Both the position numbers and the translations under genes were made by a program. The notes beneath the pieces were generated by a model. The model saw only the letters and a list, made by a program, of their open reading frames with translations. It was not told the DNA's origin and did not search any database. 26,974 nt of DNA from positions 1 to 26,974 of the forward strand of contig DATIUK010000069.1 of NCBI GenBank assembly GCA_035466885.1. Direction: 5' to 3'. Position 1 is the first letter of the stretch, and each line of letters opens with the position of its first letter. This DNA comes from Casimicrobiaceae bacterium. Lineage in GTDB: Bacteria > Pseudomonadota > Gammaproteobacteria > Burkholderiales > Casimicrobiaceae. Shown one piece after another: positions 18,050 to 24,245 of the stretch.

Positions 18050-18697
18050 ATGAGCGACCAGCCCATCCGCATCGTCGTCGTCGACGACCACACGCTGTTC
18101 CGGCGCGGCATGACTGCCCTGCTCGGCGGCGTTCCGGGCTTCGCGATCGTTGGCGAGGCGGCCGACGGACTCGAGGGCATCCGCGTCGTCGCGGCGCTGC
18201 AGCCGGACGTCGTGCTGCTCGACCTCAACATGCCGGGCATCTCGGGAATCGAGGCGCTGCACGCGATCCTGCGCGCGTCGCCGGGCCTGCCGGTCGTGAT
18301 GCTGACGGTCTCGGAGGATGGCCTCGACCTCATGGCCGCGCTGAAGGGCGGCGCACAGGGCTACCTGCTCAAGAACATCGACAGCGACTTCCTCGTCGAC
18401 TCGGTGCGCCGCGCCGCGGCGGGCGAGTCGGTGATGTCGCCGGAGATGCAGGCGAAGCTCCTGCGCGAGCTGCGCGGGGGCGGGGCGGCGGCGCAGCCCG
18501 CGCTGTCGCCGCGCGAGCGCGAGATCCTGGCCTTCATCGCCCGCGGCGCGAGCAACAAGGAAATCGCGCGCACGCTCGAGGTCGCCGAGAGCACCGTCAA
18601 GATCCACGTCCAGCACATCCTGAGGAAGCTCGAGCTCTCGAGCCGCGTGCAGGCGGCGGTGTGGGCGATCGAGCACGGCATCGCCGCCAGGACCTGA
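18050..18697 (+). CDS. narL: NarL-type response regulator (REC + LuxR HTH), 215 aa
   Basis: Start ATG 18050. VDDH, LLDLNMPG, GYLLK; HTH LSPREREIL..GASNKEIAR....STVKIHV. Sits directly after narX. Confidence 0.93.
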   Translation: MSDQPIRIVVVDDHTLFRRGMTALLGGVPGFAIVGEAADGLEGIRVVAALQPDVVLLDLNMPGISGIEALHAILRASPGLPVVMLTVSEDGLDLMAALKGGAQGYLLKNIDSDFLVDSVRRAAAGESVMSPEMQAKLLRELRGGGAAAQPALSPREREILAFIARGASNKEIARTLEVAESTVKIHVQHILRKLELSSRVQAAVWAIEHGIAART

Positions 18698-18731
18698 TGG
18701 GGTCGCCATCGCCACGGGCGCAAGCTATCGG

Positions 18732-19481
18732 CTGCCGCTGGGCCTGATCCTCGGCGCGCAGCTGGCGGGTGTCGCCGCGGCGGCGGCGCTGTTCGCGTGG
18801 CTGGAACCCGGGCCGCTGCGCCAGCCGCTGCCGCTCGCGCTGGTCCAGGCAGTGGTCGCCGCCGCAGTGGCCGCGTGGCGCGGGGCGCCGCGCTGGTGGT
18901 GGCTGATTCACGCGCTGTTCGTGCCGCTCATCGTGCTCGCGCTGCGCCTGGACTGGCCGCCTGCCGCGTGGCTGGCTGCGTTCGTCGCGCTGGCCCTCGT
19001 GTTCTGGCGCACCGATTCGAGCCGGGTCCCGCTCTACCTGTCGAACGCGCCGACCGCGCAGGCGCTGGCCGCACTGCTGCCGGCCGGCGCGTGCCGGGTC
19101 GTCGACCTGGGCTGCGGCCACGGCGGCCTCCTGTTCCGGCTCGCGGCGGCGCGGCCCGAGGCCCGCCTCGTCGGCGTCGAGCACGCGCCGCTGCCGTGGC
19201 TCGTCGCCCGGGCGCGGGCGCTGCGGCATCCGGGCGTCACCATCCGCTACGGCGACCTCTGGCGCGTCGACCTCGCGGAGGCCGACGTCGTCTACGCATT
19301 CCTCTCGCCGGCGCCGATGCCGAGGCTCTGGGCCAAGGCGACTGCCGAACTGCGGCCCGGGGCGCTGCTCGTCTCCAACAGCTTCGCCGTGCCTGGCGTC
19401 GCCGCGTGGCGCATCGTCGACGTCGGCGACCGCCGGCGCACGCGGCTCCACTGCTATCGGATCGCGCGCTCCGGCGGCTGA
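18732..19481 (+). CDS. Membrane-anchored class I SAM-dependent methyltransferase (start uncertain)
   Basis: Motif I VVDLGCGHGG, GVEHAP, DVVYAFLSP, LRPGALLVSNSF. The hydrophobic N-terminus continues in frame to about 18732 (CTG), upstream of the first ATG/GTG/TTG (GTG 18852). Confidence 0.82.
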   Translation: MPLGLILGAQLAGVAAAAALFAWLEPGPLRQPLPLALVQAVVAAAVAAWRGAPRWWWLIHALFVPLIVLALRLDWPPAAWLAAFVALALVFWRTDSSRVPLYLSNAPTAQALAALLPAGACRVVDLGCGHGGLLFRLAAARPEARLVGVEHAPLPWLVARARALRHPGVTIRYGDLWRVDLAEADVVYAFLSPAPMPRLWAKATAELRPGALLVSNSFAVPGVAAWRIVDVGDRRRTRLHCYRIARSGG

Positions 19482-19500
19482 CCTGCCGCAGGCCGCCGCC

Positions 19501-19521
19501 TACTCCTTTCGAACTACCCCC
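19501..19521 (+). promoter_or_regulatory. NarL heptamer-like sites upstream of the narK-narG operon
   Basis: TACTCCT (19501-19507) is a perfect TACYNMT match and TACCCCC (19515-19521) matches 6/7. They lie about 135-155 nt upstream of the narK1 ATG. Confidence 0.55.
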
Positions 19522-19654
19522 GCCTCGTCCTCCCGGCGCGAGGAGATAGTCCTTGCGCCGCGCGCCGACTGGTCCAGTGGCGAATGTCCTCCGTGACCCC
19601 GCCGGCCCAGAATGTCCGCAGTGCAGCAACGGGCAATGCGCGAGGGAGCGGGGA

Positions 19655-20917
19655 ATGGCCAAGACACAAAAGGCGAAGGCGGTTTCGGTGCTGGTCGTCA
19701 GCACGCTGGCGTTCACGGTGTGCTTCATGGTCTGGATGATGTTCGGCGTGATCGGCATCCCGATCAAGAAGACGCTGAACCTCAACGCCACGCAATTCGG
19801 CATCCTGACGGCCATGCCGGTGCTCACCGGCTCGCTGATCCGCGTCCCGCTGGGGATGTGGACCGACAAGTTCGGCGGCCGGATCGTCATGTTCTGGCTG
19901 ATGATCGTCTGCGTGGTGCCGATCTGGCTCATCGGCTACGCGACCGAGTACTGGCAGTACCTGGTGCTGGGCCTGTTCGTCGGCGTCGCCGGCGGCTCGT
20001 TCTCGGTCGGAACGCCCTACGTCGCACGCTGGTTCGAGCGCAAGAACCAGGGCTTCGCCATGGGCGTCTACGGCGCCGGCAACTCGGGGGCTGCGGTCAA
20101 CAAGTTCGTCGCGCCCGCGATCGTCGTCGCCGTCGGCTGGACCGTGGTGCCGCAGGTCTACGCCGCGGTGATGCTCGGCACCGCCGTCCTCTTCTGGCTC
20201 TTCAGCTACAGCGATCCCAGGCACCTCGTCGACTCGCGGATCACCTGGCGCCAGCAGCTCGCGGTGCTGCGCGATCCCAACGTCTGGAAGTACTGCCAGT
20301 ACTACTCGATCGTCTTCGGCGGCTACGTCGCGCTCGCGCTGTGGATGACCCAGTACTACGTCGCCGAGTACGGCTTCGACATCCGCCTCGCGGCGCTCCT
20401 GGCGGCGGCGTTCTCGCTGCCCGGCGGCGTGCTGCGCGCAGTGGGCGGATGGATGTCCGACAAGTGGGGCGCGCACAAGGTGACCTGGTGGGTGCTCTGG
20501 GTGTCGTGGATCTGTCTCTTCCTGCTGTCGTATCCGCAGACCGAGATGACGATCGCCACCGTCGACGGGCCGAAGACCTTTCACGTCGGCCTCGATCCGT
20601 GGGCGTTCACGGCACTGATGTTCCTCATGGGCATCGCCTGGGCGTTCGGCAAGGCATCGGTGTTCAAGTACATCTCGGACGAGTACCCGCAGAACATCGG
20701 CGTGATCTCGGGCGTCGTCGGGCTCGCCGGCGGCCTGGGCGGGTTCCTGTTGCCGATCCTGTTCGGCATCCTGCTCGACCTCACCGGCATCCGCTCGTCG
20801 TGCTTCATGCTGATGTACGCCGTGGTCTGGGTGTCGCTCATCTGGATGTACTGGACCGAGGTGCGCAAGTCCGAGCTCATGGGCCTGCGCTCCAAGAGCT
20901 TCAGCTTGAAGGGCTGA
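19655..20917 (+). CDS. narK1: Nitrate/nitrite MFS transporter, NarK1 type (420 aa)
   Basis: Start ATG 19655 with SD GGGAG/GGGG. Nitrate signatures GVAGGSFSVG and FGKASVFKYI; RVPLGMWTDKFGGR; LRAVGGWMSDKWG. Confidence 0.9.
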   Translation: MAKTQKAKAVSVLVVSTLAFTVCFMVWMMFGVIGIPIKKTLNLNATQFGILTAMPVLTGSLIRVPLGMWTDKFGGRIVMFWLMIVCVVPIWLIGYATEYWQYLVLGLFVGVAGGSFSVGTPYVARWFERKNQGFAMGVYGAGNSGAAVNKFVAPAIVVAVGWTVVPQVYAAVMLGTAVLFWLFSYSDPRHLVDSRITWRQQLAVLRDPNVWKYCQYYSIVFGGYVALALWMTQYYVAEYGFDIRLAALLAAAFSLPGGVLRAVGGWMSDKWGAHKVTWWVLWVSWICLFLLSYPQTEMTIATVDGPKTFHVGLDPWAFTALMFLMGIAWAFGKASVFKYISDEYPQNIGVISGVVGLAGGLGGFLLPILFGILLDLTGIRSSCFMLMYAVVWVSLIWMYWTEVRKSELMGLRSKSFSLKG

Positions 20918-21057
20918 CCCGGGCCGCAGGTGGCTCGAAGAAGGCTACCGCCACGCAGGAGCGCCCTCGGGCGCGAACCGTGCAACGCCCGATTGGTGCA
21001 TCCGCGGCTGAAGCCGCCCCGACCTGAACCCGCCATCCCAATGCAAGGGAGCAATCG

Positions 21058-22704
21058 ATGAGCACCGCGCAAGCTGCCAGCACCCCCAAGGTCACGAGTT
21101 CGGTCGACATCGTCGATTGGCGCCCCGAGGACAACGCGTTCTGGGAGGCGACCGGCAAAGGGGTCGCGAGCCGGAACCTGTGGATCTCGGTGCCGAGCCT
21201 GCTCTGCGGGTTCGCGGTCTGGGTGATGTGGGGGATCATCACCGTCCAGATGCAGAACCTCGGCTTCCCGTTCACGCAGCCGGAGCTCTTCACGCTGGCC
21301 GCGATCTCGGGGCTCTCGGGCGCGACGCTGCGCATCCCGGCGTCGTTCTTCATCCGCATCGCCGGCGGCCGCAACACCGTGTTCCTGACCACGGCGCTGC
21401 TGATGATCCCGGCCTTCGGGACCGGCATCGCGCTGCAGGACAAGGCGACGCCGCTGTGGGTGTTCCAGTTCCTCGCCCTGTTGTCCGGCATCGGCGGCGG
21501 CAACTTCGCCTGCTCGATGTCGAACATCAACACCTTCTTTCCCAAGCGCCTGCAGGGCACCGCGCTCGGCATCAACGCCGGCCTCGGCAACTTCGGCGTG
21601 ACGACGATGCAGATCCTGATCCCGCTGGTGATGACGACCGCGGTGTTCGGCGCGTTCGGCGGCGGCTCGATGGAGCTGCTGAAGCCCTCCGGCACGCTGA
21701 TCGGCAAGATCGCCGCCGGGACGCCGACCTACATCCAGAACGCAGGCTTCATCTGGCTGGTGCTGCTGGTGCCGCTCGCCTTCGCCGGCTGGTTCGGGAT
21801 GAACAACCTGCAGCCGGTATCGCCGGGGATCGGCTCGACCGGGGCGGCGCTGGGCAAGATCCTGCTGCTCTACGGCCTGGCGCTGGTCACCGCCGCGATC
21901 GGGCTGTACCTGTACCTGCCCAAGCCGACCGGCCTCGGCTTGCTCAACATGTGGATCGCGATGCCGCTGATCATCGTCGGCACGCTGGTGGCGATGAAGC
22001 TGATCGCGTTCGGCGACATGAAGCCGAACCTCGAGAAGCAGTTCGCGATCTTCAGGGACAAGCACACCTGGTCGATGACGCTGCTCTACATCGTCACCTT
22101 CGGCTCGTTCATCGGCTTCTCCAACGCGCTGCCGCTGTCGATCACGGTGATCTTCGGCCAGAGCCACGTGGTCGACGCCGCCGGCGTGCTCAAGCACCTG
22201 CCGAACCCGAACGCGCCGTCGGCACTGACCTACGCCTGGATCGGCCCCTTCGTGGGCGCGCTGATCCGGCCCTTCGGCGGCTGGATCTCCGACAAGGTCG
22301 GCGGCTCCATCGTCACGCAGATCATCTCGCTGGTGATGGTCGTCGCGTCGGTGGCGGTCGGCTACGTGATGATGCTCGCCTACGCGTCGGCGACCCCCGA
22401 GCAGTACTTCATGCCGTTCATCCTGCTCTTCATCGTGCTGTTCGCCGCGAGCGGCATCGGCAACGGCTCGACCTTCCGCACCATCGGCGTCATCTACGAC
22501 CGCGTGCAGGCGGGGCCGGTGCTGGGCTGGACGTCGGCGGTCGCCGCCTACGGCTCGTTCATCGCCCCGGTGGTGATCGGCGGCGAGATCAAGGCCGGGA
22601 CGCCGCAGAACGCAATGTACGGCTTCGCGATCTTCTACGCCCTCTGCCTGGTGCTGAACTGGTGGTTCTACCTGCGCAGGAACGCCTACGTGAAGAACCC
22701 CTGA
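21058..22704 (+). CDS. narK2: Nitrate/nitrite MFS transporter, NarK2 type (548 aa, with internal extra TM insert)
   Basis: DWRPEDNAFW, ASRNLWIS, GIGGGNFACSMSNI, LYIVTFGSFIGF, IRPFGGWISDKVGG, GIGNGSTFR. SD GGGAG. Confidence 0.92.
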   Translation: MSTAQAASTPKVTSSVDIVDWRPEDNAFWEATGKGVASRNLWISVPSLLCGFAVWVMWGIITVQMQNLGFPFTQPELFTLAAISGLSGATLRIPASFFIRIAGGRNTVFLTTALLMIPAFGTGIALQDKATPLWVFQFLALLSGIGGGNFACSMSNINTFFPKRLQGTALGINAGLGNFGVTTMQILIPLVMTTAVFGAFGGGSMELLKPSGTLIGKIAAGTPTYIQNAGFIWLVLLVPLAFAGWFGMNNLQPVSPGIGSTGAALGKILLLYGLALVTAAIGLYLYLPKPTGLGLLNMWIAMPLIIVGTLVAMKLIAFGDMKPNLEKQFAIFRDKHTWSMTLLYIVTFGSFIGFSNALPLSITVIFGQSHVVDAAGVLKHLPNPNAPSALTYAWIGPFVGALIRPFGGWISDKVGGSIVTQIISLVMVVASVAVGYVMMLAYASATPEQYFMPFILLFIVLFAASGIGNGSTFRTIGVIYDRVQAGPVLGWTSAVAAYGSFIAPVVIGGEIKAGTPQNAMYGFAIFYALCLVLNWWFYLRRNAYVKNP

Positions 22705-22712
22705 CCCTCCAC

Positions 22713-22779
22713 GGACGGGAGCCCGGCGCGCGCGGAACCCGACGGCTTCGCCCCCGTCCCGCCGCCGGGTCTCCCGTCC
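22713..22779 (+). other. Long intergenic RNA stem-loop between narK2 and the third narK
   Basis: GGACGGGAGCCCGGCG (22713-22728) pairs with CGCCGGG-T-CTCCCGTCC (22763-22779): 16 bp with one bulge. Inner hairpin GACGG/CCGTC at 22741-22758. Confidence 0.55.
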
Positions 22780-22789
22780 ACCCCGCCCC

Positions 22790-24178
22790 GTGACCGCCAT
22801 GGCACCGCAGATCGTCTACTGGGAACCCGAGGACCGCGCGTTCTGGGCCCGGGAGGGCGCGCGCGTCGCCCGGCGCAACCTCCTGGTATCCGCGCCCGCG
22901 CTGGTCGTCGCGTTCGCCGTGTGGATGATGTGGAGTGTCGTCGTCGTGCAGCTGCCGCGGATCGGGTACCACTTCACGCCCAACCAGCTCTTCTGGCTCG
23001 CGGCGCTGCCGGGACTCGCCGGCGGGACGCTTCGGCTCTTCTTCTCGTTCATGGTGCCGATGTTCGGCGGGCGCACCTGGACGACGCTGTCGACGGCGGC
23101 GCTGCTGGTGCCGGCGATCGGGCTGGGGCTCGCGGTGCGCGACCCGTCGACCGGGTACCCGACGTTCCTGCTGCTGTCGATCGTCGCCGGCATCGGCGGC
23201 GGCAACTTCGCGTCCAGCATGGCGAACATCAGCTTCTTCTATCCGGCGGAGAGGAAGGGCGAGGCGCTGGGCTGGAACGCCGGCGTGGGCAACGTCGGCG
23301 TCAGCCTCGCGCAGGTCGCGATCCCGCTGGCCACCGGTGCCGCCCTCTTCGGCGTGCTGGGCGGTGAACCGCAGGCGTTGACCGATGGCGGGCAGGCGGG
23401 GGCGATCTGGCTGCAGAATGCGGGCTTCGTCTGGGTGCCGCTGATCGTTCTCGCCGCGGCAGCGGCGTGGCTGCGAATGGACGACCTCGAGCCGGTGCGC
23501 GCGACCGCGGCCGACCAGGCGATCGTCTTCCTGCGCCCGCACACCTGGATCCTGTCGTGGCTCTACCTCGGCAGCTTCGGCTCGTTCATCGGCTTCGCGG
23601 CGGGGCTGCCGCTGGTCGCCGAGCTCGAGTTCACCGGCTTCGACGTCACGCCCTACGTGTTCGTCGGCCCGCTGCTCGCCGCGCTCGCCCGGCCCGCGGG
23701 CGGCTGGCTGGCCGACCGCGTCGGCGGGGCCCGCGTCGCGCTCGCGTCGTTCACGGGGATGGCGCTGGTCGTGCTCGTCCTGCTGCTGCAAAGCGGCGGC
23801 GGCCGGATGGCCGGCGGGGTGGGCGCGTTCCTCGGCCTGTATTCGCTGCTGTTCGTCGGCAGCGGCGTCGCCAACGGCGCGGTGTCGCAGCTCATACCCG
23901 CGGTGTTCATCGGCGCTGCGCGGCGGTCGTTCGCCGGCGCGGCCGGCGGCGAGACGCGCGCGCTGCGCGAGGGCACGCTGGAGGGCGCGGCGGCGCTGGG
24001 CCTTGCCTCGGCGGTCGCCGCCTTCGGCGGTTTCTTCATCCCCAAGGCCTTCGGCACCGCCATCGCGGCCACCGGTGGCACGGCCGCCGCGCTCTACCCG
24101 TTCTTCGTCTTCTACGCCTCGTGCATGGCCGTCACCTGGTGGTTCTACGTGCACCGCAGCCCGGAGGTCGCATCGTGA
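22790..24178 (+). CDS. narK: Third nitrate/nitrite MFS transporter, E. coli NarK/NarU-like
   Basis: WEPEDRAFW, ARRNLLVS, TLRLFFSFMVPMFGGRTW, GGGNFASSMANISFFYP, LYLGSFGSFIGF, LARPAGGWLADRVGG, GGFFIPKAFG. Start is GTG 22790 or ATG 22799. Confidence 0.9.
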   Translation: MTAMAPQIVYWEPEDRAFWAREGARVARRNLLVSAPALVVAFAVWMMWSVVVVQLPRIGYHFTPNQLFWLAALPGLAGGTLRLFFSFMVPMFGGRTWTTLSTAALLVPAIGLGLAVRDPSTGYPTFLLLSIVAGIGGGNFASSMANISFFYPAERKGEALGWNAGVGNVGVSLAQVAIPLATGAALFGVLGGEPQALTDGGQAGAIWLQNAGFVWVPLIVLAAAAAWLRMDDLEPVRATAADQAIVFLRPHTWILSWLYLGSFGSFIGFAAGLPLVAELEFTGFDVTPYVFVGPLLAALARPAGGWLADRVGGARVALASFTGMALVVLVLLLQSGGGRMAGGVGAFLGLYSLLFVGSGVANGAVSQLIPAVFIGAARRSFAGAAGGETRALREGTLEGAAALGLASAVAAFGGFFIPKAFGTAIAATGGTAAALYPFFVFYASCMAVTWWFYVHRSPEVAS

Positions 24179-24245
24179 CCGCCCGCCGCCGCCGCGCAAC
24201 GGATTCGTCCCCTGTCACTCGTCACCGTCCCCACGGGAGCACTCC

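Noticed and set aside
18732-19481. Methyltransferase as the TehB partner of the tehA-like gene
   Set aside because: It lies 15 kb away in another transcription unit, has N-terminal TM helices, and does not resemble soluble TehB.
19541-19557. AGGAGATAGTCCTTGC as a sigma54 promoter for narK
   Set aside because: The GG-to-GC spacing is 11 rather than 10, and the -24 consensus is poor.
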